Part shown: positions 52,535 through 64,000 of the stretch, piece by piece | Numbering within the stretch: the first letter of the stretch is position 1 | Layout of the letters: each line of letters opens with the position of its first letter | Assembly: GCA_047495785.1 (NCBI GenBank) | Contig: JBLDXI010000031.1 | Location: 372,001 to 436,000, forward strand | Direction of reading: 5' to 3' | DNA from: Lepidodermella squamata | Taxonomy: Eukaryota > Animalia > Gastrotricha | DNA length: 64,000 bases | The notes under the pieces: generated by a model | Told to the model about the DNA's origin: nothing | The model's input: only the letters and a program-made list of their open reading frames with translations | Database searches by the model: none | Position numbers and translations under genes: made by a program

Positions 52535-53272
52535 TCAATTCGTTGGAGCCTGGCCGTGAGGAGTTCGCAAAAACTGCTCGCGTTTCAAGCCGAGTTTCTC
52601 TTCAATCAACGCAAATGCCAAGTCAACAACACTCCCAGGCACATTCGGGGTTCGGGCTGATATCCACGCATACCTAGCCTTATAAATGCCGAAAAAATAC
52701 GAAACATCGCTGTAAGCAATCGAAATTGTGTTATAATCTGTGTATAAAATCCGGTGATCATCGCCAGGCAGCCATTCCCAAAATTTAATGGACAACAAGG
52801 CTGGGTCTGATGCATCAGGCTGGGTTGCTGTCATTTTAACTTGGATCCATCGCTTTTCCCTTGGCAGCCATTCAATGTTTAGAATTTCGATTGTTTTACT
52901 GTCGTCATTTAGCGAGTAGATTGACGATATGTCGGTGCCGCCTTTTTCGAATGGCATGTTTTCCGTGCGGTAAATTTCGAACCATTGACCGAGATAGCGC
53001 GACTTGTCGAAATTAGCTTGATGATTCACTTCAGAAACCTGCAATCGTAGGAAAATCCTTGTTATGAATTTTGAATTTGTTAATATTACAAACCTTTGAA
53101 AATCCAATTTCACAAAGAATTATAAAACTAGCGAATTTTTTCGGAAAAATAAAGTTAAATTAAAATCAAAGTTTTTGAGAATTTTTTGAAAAATTTGAAA
53201 TTTGGCCTTGTTGTGATCTTTAAAATGGCACTATTTACGACATCTCAAATCCGAATTCTGTTACCTGTTCAT
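52535..53272 (-). CDS. Lipocalin 2
   Basis: GQWFEI, HRILYTDY, AWISAR; core exon from ~53038; 5' exons uncertain. Confidence 0.85.
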
Positions 53273-54413
53273 TTTTGACGATAGTTGAACCTGAAATTAA
53301 AAGTTTCGGCCATGAAATTGTAAGAATTGTCAGGAAAAATTTACGAACCGTGGCAAAATTGCAGTAATACCGCAAAAGAAACGAGTAATTTCACGTGAAA
53401 CATGTTTTCAGCCGACTTGTATGAAAAAAAGTTGAGCCAAGGAGAATGATAAAAACCTTCTACCTGTATTAGTTATAGCAGGCTCACCTTTTCGTTACTT
53501 CAACGTTTAAGCTGCAACATCTGACCTGGTTTGAAAAGACATGGAAAAGATTAAAATGATAATTCTCGAATTTCGTGAGCTGATCTCCACAGAATACTAT
53601 ATAGGTTGAGCTGTGAACGAAACTACCTTTACGAAATATTTTAGATAGTAATGAAGAAAATCGAAAATTATTCACTTAGCCCATAGGAATTGGAGTATTT
53701 TAAGCCGAAATCAATGCCGTATAGAATCCAGAACTTTTAAAAGAACTATGTAATGAGTTGAGTCTTTTTGAAGGAAGGTCTTTTTGAATAAGTGTTTCAA
53801 ATGAAATTTATGTGAAAGTTTGACTTCATGTAATTAGAATTTTTCTTTTCATCGAGCGTCAAAAATTGAACGTCCCACCATCTATCGCGAGACATCCTAA
53901 ACAACTTCAGGGACGTAATCAACAAAATTCCCGAATATTCGTGATTTCGCCCTTCACTTTTCTTGATCGATTTTTTTAATACCTTGGGATTTACGACTTT
54001 AATAACCTGATACCGCCAACTGGCTGGAAAATTCCCAAGTTAGCTCCCAATACTTCTGATATATCAGAAAAATCCCTGATTTGTAAAATCGATACTTGAA
54101 ATCGATTTGTAGCAGAAGTTTAGCTCGAAAACCAATCATGGCTGGAAAAAAATGAATGTTGAAACTCGAAAAAAAAACTATTTTAGGAGAAAATTGTGTT
54201 GGAACTCCGAAATTCAGCTTGCCTGCTGGGCGAACTAATAAATTCAAGAAAATTCGCATCCTCCCGAAAATCATAAAAATAATAAAAAATGATTCGAAAA
54301 AGACTCAAATGCCTTTGCAATTTTTTATTTGGCTTTTTTACCTAATATCTTCACGGAAGTTAATTTTTTCAGTACTTTGTATGCATTTAAGGCAAGTTCT
54401 TAAGTTGATTTGC

Positions 54414-55753
54414 TTAGGCACTAGGAGCATTGGCACGAGAGCGGCTGCCAGTCGGCGGAGCTTGGCCCTGGGGCGTCTTAACAAACTGGTTGCGGTCGAT
54501 GCCAACCTTGTCCTTGAGCAGCTTGAACGCCATTTCGAGGCTCTCCTGTGGCAATTCCGGCTGACGGCTCGAGATCCAGCCGTACTTGGTCTTGAAAAGG
54601 CCGAAAAACCACGACATCTCGCTGTAAGCAACAGCGACCTGGTTGTAATCGGTGTACAGGACGCGGTACTCACCGCCGGGGATGATTTCCCAGAACTTGA
54701 GCAACAACCGGGCCGGCTGGTCCGGGTAAGGCTGTTCGGCCTTCATCGTAGCCTGGCGCCACTTGTTCTGCTGCCACGCTTTGCTTTGAATTTCGATGCT
54801 GCCGTCGTCTTTTTGCGAGAAGGTTGTTGAGATGTCGCTGCCCGATTCGAATGGGATGCTCTTTGTACGATAGATTTCGTACCATTCGCCTGCGTATTGC
54901 GAGATGTCGAAATTCTCTTGAATCGGGACTTTGTTATCCTAATGAGCGCAAAAGTAAAACAAAATTTAAGAAAATATCCCTAAAATCGATCGAATTCAAA
55001 TCCGATACAGGGTGGCCAAAAAATTCCGCAGAGCGGGAATTCGCTGCGCATCAATTTAATGAGGGGTTTTAAGAAGTTGAAGAACTTCCAGCATTCTTTT
55101 GCCAATGGAACTCCTTAATTTCTTGAAGCTCCTCATCAAAATGATGACCAGCGAATTCCCGCTCTGCGGAATTATTTGGCCATCCTGTAGAATTGAGAAG
55201 AAAAAGTTGAGAATGTCTAAATTCTCACAAATAATGAAATTTTCGAGGCGTGTAAGGTAATAATTCTCGAGGTCTGGCAAAATCATGGAAAATTAACAAA
55301 ATCAATAAAAATGAAAAAAATGAAAATTTAATGATATTTTTGTATGTCGACAAAATCTCGAATTAAAAATGGCCATTTAATCAGAAAACAAAGATTTTTC
55401 ATTGCTTTTTGATTAATAAGAAATTCGGAAAATTCCAGAAATTTTTTGAAAGGTCTAAAAATATTCGAAAAATGATAAGAATTAGAATTCATGATTTTAA
55501 AAAATCCAAATAAAATTCGACAATTTTTTAATATATTTCTAATAAACTCAAACTGAAATGTTTCTCTGGTTATTTAGTATTTAGTCGGTGAGATTGGAAA
55601 TTAAAATAAAACCAACATCTTGGCTCGGTCTCGGAGTTGTGGCACCTGCAGAAAAATAATTAGTTCAATTTTATTATTTCGGCTTTATTATAATTACGGA
55701 AGCATACCGAAAGCCAGCGGCAAAATGGTGACAAGTGTTAACAGCTTCAGCAT
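54414..55753 (-). CDS. Lipocalin 3 (secreted)
   Basis: Signal-peptide exon MLKLLTLVTILPLAF, short exon GATTPRPSQD, core exon with GEWYEI, YRVLYTDY, GWISSR. Confidence 0.87.
55008..55187. mobile_element. Intronic Tc1/mariner-type MITE
   Basis: TIR CAGGGTGGCCAAA..TTCCGCAGAGCGGGAATTCGCTG with TA TSD. Confidence 0.88.
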
Positions 55754-56998
55754 TTTGTTGTTGTGAATAATTTCGGCTAATATGTGAACTAAGAAAACCA
55801 GAAACTGTCCAACTTTGTCGAGGTGTTTTCACTTTTTATACCCTATTTTTTCTCCGGCCGCGCACGTTTTTTGCAGCTGACTATGCCATGTAACGCCTGT
55901 GATTTATGCTAATGCGTGTGTGTACACGTGTATTAACAGTGAACCAATGGCCCCGATGAGGACGACAGTGTCACAGGGTAACGAGTTCAAAGGTTCAAAC
56001 AGTTCAAACATCGCACAAATTCTAAACGGAAGCTGTGGCCTAAATCGAGGTTTGTGATGTTATCATTGATGAATACGATGGATAGCTAAATCAGAAAAAG
56101 AGAAATCAGTCATTTGCTGGAAAATATATTTTACTATCTTTATTTCGAAAAATATACTATCGTATATAAATTTGGGGTTTCAAAAGGGCACGCAGACCGC
56201 TAACTTGAACCAATATAATTAAAGTTCAATTTGTGGTGAGTTCAATCGAGCCTCTCACAAATACCGGAGCCTATGATTGCCAATAAGAATTTATTAGCAA
56301 AATTAGAAGTTCAGTGATTACACTTAAAAATCATCGGATCATTTATCGAAATTTCGAACCTGATTGGAGCTTTGATGTAATATAGAACCCTGGACACTTC
56401 AATCCATAGAGAACGGCTCATAGAAATCACTCCATTCTCTATGCTTCAATCTTAGCTTTTCCTCTGCTTTCCAGGGATGAATTTCAAAAATAGGATTATT
56501 TTCATACATATTTCTCCCTCTCATTATATTTTAATTGACTCAAATTCAAAGTGATTTTAGAAATTCGAAAAAATCTTTTTTCAATTAATAATTTCACATG
56601 CAGTGCGCCCCTCTAATCTAATCAATGAAGCTAATCTGTTCAACATTTTCGAATAATGTTGAGGGTGAATCGCGAATGAACTGTAAACATTATGCAAATG
56701 AGCGTCCGAACTTGCCCGGTAATTTTGTCCAAATTGAGGTAACCAATTTCAAATGCCAAAAATCAGGAAAAAAACCAGAAAAATGGTGGTCGAAATTTGC
56801 TGGATGCTATTGTTGGAAATTTCAAAGTTTCAAAGTTTTGAGCATATTATTTTATCCCAAATTATGATAACGCCTCATTTTTCTCTCGATTTTGTTATTC
56901 ATTTTTATTTTCAATTTGAAAGCTCTCAAAAAACAATGATAGTATCTACAACAACCGGTTTCGCCTTTTAAGCTTGAAAGTCTTGAAAATGAAATTGT

Positions 56999-57636
56999 TC
57001 AGTTTTGAGGCGCCTGGCCATGCGGCGTTTTCAAAAACTCGCTGCGATCCAAGCCAACTTTATCCTTGAACAGCTCAAACGCCATATCAATCGTCGCCTC
57101 AGGCACATCAGGCTGCCTCGCCAGAATCCAAGCATACTTGGTCTTGTACAGGCCGAAAAAGAACGAAACATCACTGTAGACCACCGAAATTGTGTCGTAG
57201 TCCGTGTATAGGACACGGTAGTCGCCACCGGGCAGGAATCGCCAAAATTTAACCGACAGACGAGCTGGCTCCTTCGGGTCAGGCTGCGTCGCCTTGCCAT
57301 TCGCTTGGTTCCAGCGGTTTTTATTCGGCAGCCATTCCTTATTGAGAACACCAACGCTTCCATCTTCGTTAGCAGTGTAAGTCGCTGTGATGTCGGTTCC
57401 AGATTCGAACGGGATGTTCGATGTTCGATACACCTCGTACCACTGGCCTATGTATTTGGATTTGTCGAAGTTCGGCTGCAGGGCAACTCGGCCTGGCTTA
57501 GATCCCATCGAGCTAGGCGTTGTTGTTGCTAGAACAAAGATTTTAAGGTAAGATTTCGAATAAGCCAACATTTTTGTAACTACAACTCACCATGGATAAC
57601 AGGCAACAGGGCAAGAAAAGTCAATAAGGTGCGCAT
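56999..57636 (-). CDS. Lipocalin 4 (secreted)
   Basis: Exon 57636-57591 (MRTLLTFLALLPVIH) + 57528-56999; GQWYEV, YRVLYTDY, AWILAR. Confidence 0.9.
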
Positions 57637-58535
57637 TTTCAATGTTTGAACAAAATGGTGAGGGGAATGGTTGGGTTTTATAGGCTTAGAATGGCTGGCG
57701 ATGTGGATCAAACAAACAGTTGTCGGGTACAGAACTTGTGTGCATGGAATAACAATGAGTATGTGTTAGTTTTTTTTGTTTTGTTAGCTTATTTACGGGT
57801 GTAACGCGGAACGCATGAGTGGGCTGCGCTTTCATGACCTCGTTTAGGATGACAAGCGGCAGGTAAACGTAGGTAAACTGGAAATTATTCCCTGACAAGC
57901 GTAACTAAAAACTAACCTGGTTGGAAATCGAAACTTGAAATTTGGAAGACAGAAGGCTTTTAGTCGAAATTGCAGAGTTTTTCGGATTAAGATGGATTTT
58001 TCAAAAAAATGTGCATGGCATATGTTGCTCACTTGAAGTAAGGACTGAAAGACTCAAAGATCCTTTTCATGCAAGTTTTTTTTCACGCTCATTCAGTCCC
58101 TGTTGAGTAGCATAGTTACTTCGCTTTTCAGCCCATGCACAATCGCTTTCTTTTGCGATAATTCTGAAATGAGTCATTTGAATAGTCGATAATTGATCTT
58201 GAGCTCATTCTCGACATGTCGATTGCCTGTTTGATTTTATCGCCGGTGTCACAAAAATATGAACAACATGCCCATGTTCAAAGCCGCCATCTGACACTTG
58301 TCGGCAGCAGCGCAATTATAATGGACGTTTAAGGACGTGGAAGTTTGTCTGTCCTTCGGACCTCAATATTTTAAAAGCGCTCTTTGCATCATCCGAAATA
58401 TGTTTCGCTCATGGCAAAAAGGCAAAGCTATTTATTGATTCATATTTTACTCGTTATTCATTCAGAAATTCCAGGTTAAACACCAATACAGAGTAAAATG
58501 TAAACGCATTGTATAATGTATAATGGACCAAATCA

Positions 58536-58670
58536 GGGGGAGCACGTGGCTTAGTGGTTAAGCGTCCGTTGTGCTTTCTCTGAGGGTCAGTGGTTCGCCT
58601 CCAAGTCACGGCGCGGGTGTAACTGAGCAGAGCACTTTACTCCCACTGCTCCGGCTGAGTGGCAGCAATA
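58536..58670 (+). mobile_element. tRNA-derived SINE fragment
   Basis: Pol III A box TGGCTTAGTGG and B box GGTTCGCCTCC, followed by tgagcagagcactttactcc resembling CORE-type SINE bodies; no full cloverleaf. Confidence 0.65.
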
Positions 58671-59352
58671 CCTTCGGTCGCTATGATAATTGCCCGCCAA
58701 TAATGTGTTTTTTTTAATTTCCATCCACGGCTTTTAAAGACCCAGTTGTTCTGGCAGTGATTTGCAGCGTTTTCAGCTGATTGTAGTACTCTAGCAAAAA
58801 TTAATCTGACGTTAAAAAGCGGATATTGATCAGAAGCACAATCACCGTTCAGTTTTCAGTTACTGCAACATTAGCTTTTAGGAAACGAAGACATGACAAA
58901 TAAACATGTATTCCACGTTGTCATCCTTCAAACAGATCCTTGCTTTCTGTCATTTTCTGGGTCTGTACCTGGGATAGTAATCGAACAACTGGGGCAGATA
59001 TCAGCGTGTCATGTTATGTCTAAACGTTAAATGACCTGGGGCTATATGCAAGGCTCACCACCGTCTGGGATGACCGTACACTCCGACATTTCTAAAAGCC
59101 CTAACAATAGCTTGAGCGAAATGAGGAAGCTCATGTCGGTGAGAAAGCTCATGATTCTATTGCTGAAATCGGAGACTCAAGGCTGACATCTCCCTCGATT
59201 ATCAGTTGATGCCTGTGCGTTGATTCACAGTTGTGCTTGAAACAGCGGAAGAGGCGGAAATGGACGGAGCCAGGTCGAATATGCATAAAAAGCTTGCAAA
59301 AACCAGGAAAAAACGAACAGTTAGAGCAGTTTAAAAAATTAGAATTCGCGAC

Positions 59353-62276
59353 ATGTTTGCAACAGTAACTATTACGCTAATAGCTATCGTTCTTCAAATC
59401 GAAGCCAAAGTACCATTCAGAAGCCCATTGCCCAAGCTTATCACAAATTCAATCTCGAAATCATCCGCCCATTCGAGCGAAAGGAAGATTCTCAAATTAT
59501 CTGCTGCTATCCCGTACCTTGGTCCGCTGATTTCGCTTGGAGCAACTTGCGCGGAATCTATGAAGATTGGCCTAGGCAACATGCGAGCTCTCCCCAACTT
59601 CCTAACAGATTATGAAATCGTTATCGAACCTTACGAAGATTACGTAATTTTTTTATCGTTTTGACGTAATTCTATCAATTTCTCAATGTTAAATCCAGTG
59701 TGCTCGGCAAGTTACTATTGCTGGTTATATGAAATTCCTTGACTCTTCAAGGCTCCCTAATAGCAGCTATTTCCCGCTATCAATAGCGACATTCTGCCCT
59801 GGAAACAGCCATACTGGCCAAATTTCGCTACATCATAACATTTTACAGGTAGAACTATATCGAAATCCGGGAAATTTATATATCGAAGCTTTCTTGCTAC
59901 CAGTTGACAGAAGTGAGTGTTGCTCCTGAAGTGTACAACAATCGCCACGCCTATCGTAACCTCTACCTGATGATGCCATCGCCAAGCGCTGCTGTCGATT
60001 CAGTCGCTTGGTTTTGCATGAAAATGGGCTGGAATCGATTGTTCATGTTCTCAGAAAACGTTGACTATTCTAATGAAGTAAAATCTGAAATTTTGAATTG
60101 TCTCAACTTCGGATTTCAATCATTTTTCTAGCACGATTCGCGAATTATTTCTGAATTCGATCGTTTGAATTTTTCCTACTCCTATCAAACGGTCAAAATG
60201 CCGTACAATGGTGGTTTACCGGCAGATTCTGAAACTCTGGAACTTTACGTTGGCGAGCTTGCCGCCCTAAATCCTCGCATTATTCTCGTCGAATTGGCCG
60301 CCTTATCACGAGCAGCTTGCTGGTTCCACAGATATGGCCTTTTCGGACCCAATTACGTAATTATCCTGACGAACGGCGGTCTTTTCGACGAGAATGACTT
60401 CCTACGCTTCAAACCGTGGTGCACAACTCAAATGTTGCGAGAATTTCTTCAAAGCGTCATTAGTTTCGGTTATTCCAACGTTATCAACAGTGCATTAGAC
60501 GGAGGGGCCAGTTACCAAGACTTCACAGGGATGTCTGGCAAGGAGTATGACGAAGCTTTGAGAACGGCAGTCGAAGGAGCGGATGGACAATCCTTTTGGT
60601 GGTTCTGGCGTTCATTTTGCTACGACAACATCCTGGCAGCTGGCTTCTTACTCAACGCAACGGAAGCTAAGCTGAAATATTTTTGAAAAACAATCATCTC
60701 AATCATGCTAATGTACGCTTTTTAGAAAACGAGACGTTAAGTGATTGGTTAATGGACGGAAAGTTTCAAACGAATGGCAAAGACTTGATTCAAACCATGC
60801 GATCCATCCTCGACCACTCTTCTATACGAACGATGCTAGGCGAGGTGACATTCGATAAGCGAAACAAGTTTGCTTACTATCAGATGCAGTTGAAGACGGA
60901 AGAAGGTGTGGCGAAGCTCAGTCCCATTCCTGTTGCTATTTATGAAGTTGACGCTAACGAACGGAAGTCGATGAAATTAGGCCCGGGAAAGTTCGTTTGG
61001 CGAACTTGGAATCGCCTAGCTCCTAAAGACAGTTTAGTTTTGGTCGACATCCAAACGCCTCGATTTTCATTAGCAACCTACGTAACTATACTCCGTAAGG
61101 GATTCGGACATTTCTATTTTTGTTTAGCAATACTTTTCCCTCATAGTTCTCAGCGTGGCTGAAGTAGTTCTTATAATTGCGTTGATAAGCCTCCAGATAT
61201 ATCGAAACGGACTTCCGGACTCGGAAAGACTTCTTTCTACATTTTCACTGTATTCCAGTGGCATCTTCCTTCAGGGTTTTGTTCTCAGTCAGCGTTACAG
61301 CGGAATAGCTTCGGAACTGCTTCCGTCATGCATGGCTTCATTTACTATGTTAATTTTCGGTTTAATCATCCTATTTTTCGGCTATTGCGGCAAGTTTGAG
61401 GTTTGGTACCTGGAGCGGATATCGTGTTCCGGTCATACCTCTCAAAGTCACCAGGTTCATCGCGAAAACTCAACAAAGTTATCGCTGGAAATTCCGAGAA
61501 CCTGTAAAATCAAGCAAGCTTCTTTTTACGAAAAGGAAAGACAAGCGAAATTACATTTCTTGTTTGCAATTTTGATCGCCATATTGTTGGCTGCTTCACT
61601 AGCAGTAGTAATCTGGCTGGCTAAGACACCATTCTCGATTTCTCGTGCTTACAATAAGGACGAAACCTACTCGAGGCATGATGCAATTGCGTATCAGCAC
61701 TACAGCCTAAATTGTTCGATAAACGAGAGCTGGGCTGTTTACCTGTTGGTAGGGACGATAGGCGCGATTATAACCGGTCTGATAATGCGATCCATCTTTC
61801 TAGTTCTCAAACTTAAACACGTTGGTTCAAATTGGTTCACATTTCAACTTGAGAGTTAGCTTATATTTTTTTCCCAGATAAAGCGACACCCTCAATCTAT
61901 GGCTATAAAAATTATATCAAACGCGTTTCTTGCAACGATCATTCTTCTAGCAGCGATTTTACTAGTTTCCGGGGCAATTTTTCGAAGCGAGGACGCACAG
62001 CTGGAACTATCAATTTGCGCTTTCGTCTTGATCGTTCCGATATTCAATGTTGCTGCACTTTTTATGACTAAGGTATTTGATTTTGTATTCCTATTCGAAG
62101 CGGTTTTCTAAACGTGAGATTTTCAGGCATTCCGGCGGAAGCATAGTAGCGTATTGAGCCGAAGCGATGTGCAGCCTATGCCCCCTCATTCGGTATTCGA
62201 TGCATTCAAGGCGAATCCACTTTTCACAGATTTTTTAGTTCAAGACAGCGGGTTTCGCATTGGAATTAAAGCTTGA
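59353..62276 (+). CDS. Divergent GABA-B-like class C GPCR, gene A
   Basis: Eight exons: 59353-59643, 59699-59848, 59904-60077, 60131-~60675, ~60726-61094, 61149-61820, 61878-62072, 62127-62276. Signal peptide, Venus flytrap, 7TM; clear paralog of gene B. One splice donor is not canonical. Confidence 0.82.
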
Positions 62277-62832
62277 GCGAGTTGATTGCTGTAAATTCGA
62301 AATCTCAATGTCTGACGAATCTTGACAGTTATATACAACTCCCTAAGAATTTTTTCAAATACTTGAATTACTGGAACGGTTTCGACGATGAACTGGAGCG
62401 GAAATAAAATTAGCTTAGAATGGCAGACCTACATCTTAATAAACAATGAGTCTGAAGCTGGAGCACAGTTCGTACCGCACAATATGCTTTGCTTTATCTT
62501 AATTTGCATCGGAAAATCTAAAATAGGTGCTTGTCGGTGTACGTCAGCTACTCTCAATTAGCTTCCCAAATAACTTTTTTCAGCATATAATTGTGTTTTG
62601 AAGTATCAAGGCATGGTACGCAGACGATGGTCCCCGCAAACGATTTGCCCCCTGCTAATCATCACGTTTTTGACATTCAGTCGACGAAATTCAAAGCGAA
62701 ATGAGTTAATATTGGACTGCAGTTGTCGAGTTTAGTACATACTGTCAGTATTGCTGAATTGAACGAATCACGCTGGAACTCGTTGTTATTATCAAATTTG
62801 TTGCAGAATTTTAACGTTTCACAAGCTGAACA

Positions 62833-64000
62833 ATGAGAGTAAACAATTGGGTGCTCTTGCAAATTGGTTTTAGTTTTGCCATGGCGAAGATTCCATTTCG
62901 AAGCCAGATGCCAAAAATTATCACTTCATCGGCATATGCGAACGAAACGCTTAGAAACACGACAAATACTCGAAAAATTATCAAACTGATGTCAACAATC
63001 AATTACGCAAGTCCACTATTCGCCCTTGGCACAATGTGCACCGAATCGATGCGAATGGCTCTTGACAACATGCGGCAACTCCCGAACTTCCTCGAAGATT
63101 ATGAAATCGTCATTGAACCCTACGAAGATTACGTAAGGTGGTACCAAGACATTTTTATCAAATTTAGTTACCTTCCGTGTTTTCAGTGTGCGCGACAATT
63201 CACAGTTTCGGCATACGTCTCATTTCTTCAAAGGGCTGTTCTACCAGGCAGTATCGCTTTCCCCCTGACTTTAGCCTCCTTTTGTCCAGGAAACAGTCAC
63301 GCTGGTATGATATCGGTACATCACAACGTTCTCCAAGTAAGAACACGCTATTCATATATTTCCATTTATGATTTAGACATTTCTGTTAGCTTACCGAGGT
63401 CAGCGCGGCTCCGGAAACCTACAACAACAGGCAGTTGTATCGAAACTTGTACCTCATGATGCCATCTCCAAGCGCTGCCATAGAATCAGTGGCCTGGTTC
63501 TGTTTGAAAATGGGCTGGACGCGGCTTTTCATGTTCTCGGAGAACGTCGATTACGCCATCGAGCACGAATCCAGGATCATCGCTGAATTCGATCGGTTCA
63601 ACGTTACCTACTCATTTCAATCAGTCAAAATACCTTTCCAAGAGGGTTTACCGCCCGATTCCGAGGCACTAGAGAGAGGAATTGGGGAACTAGCGGCTTT
63701 GAAGCCTAGGATCATGTTGTTTGAAATGACAATCTTCTCTCGAGTCGCATGTTGGCTGCATCGATATGAAATTTACGGTCCTAACTACGTCATCTTGATC
63801 ACGAGTGGCGGGCTCTTTGAAGAAAATGATTTTCTGAGATTTATGCCTTGGTGTACCCCACAGATGTTACGTGACGTTCTCCGAACCATCATTAGTTTCA
63901 GCTACTCAAATGTTATGAATAGTATGTCTGATGGCGGATCGTCTTATAAAGACTACACTGGCACGTCTGGCAAGGAATTCGAAGAAAATCTTAAACTAAT
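62833..64000 (+). CDS. Class C GPCR gene B, apparently intact copy, runs off the window
   Basis: Open signal peptide MRVNNWVLLQIGFSFA; same exon structure as the 12158 copy; retains YRNLYLMM. Confidence 0.88.

Noticed and set aside
58536-58615. Functional tRNA gene
   Set aside because: A and B boxes are present but the stems do not pair well, and a SINE-like body follows.

Overview
This is eukaryotic (invertebrate animal-like) genomic DNA with short (~35-60 bp) GT-AG introns, in two parts. Positions ~1-35 kb are a transposon-dense, rearranged block. It holds modular GGGGAC repeat arrays in inverted arrangement, nested MITEs, a dead hAT-like transposase and a duplicated fragment of a class C GPCR cluster. 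It also holds a head-to-head pair of unrecognised Cys/Thr-rich secreted-protein genes and a 6,019-bp direct duplication (12943-18961 = 28128-34146). Positions ~35-64 kb are ordinary gene-rich sequence: two Cys-loop/nAChR-like subunits, two ankyrin paralogs, an Smr-like gene, four tandem lipocalins and two GABA-B-like class C GPCRs. The most notable object is a ~4.4-kb inverted-repeat-bounded element (~16511-20956). It carries a spliced ~579-aa RAG1-core/Transib-like DDE transposase on the minus strand, interrupted only by a 784-bp MITE whose removal restores the frame. Tail-to-tail with it is a second spliced gene for a highly acidic, Myb/SANT-like protein. This resembles the ProtoRAG layout but with a partner that is not RAG2-like. 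All homology calls come from recognising motifs by eye; no database search was run.
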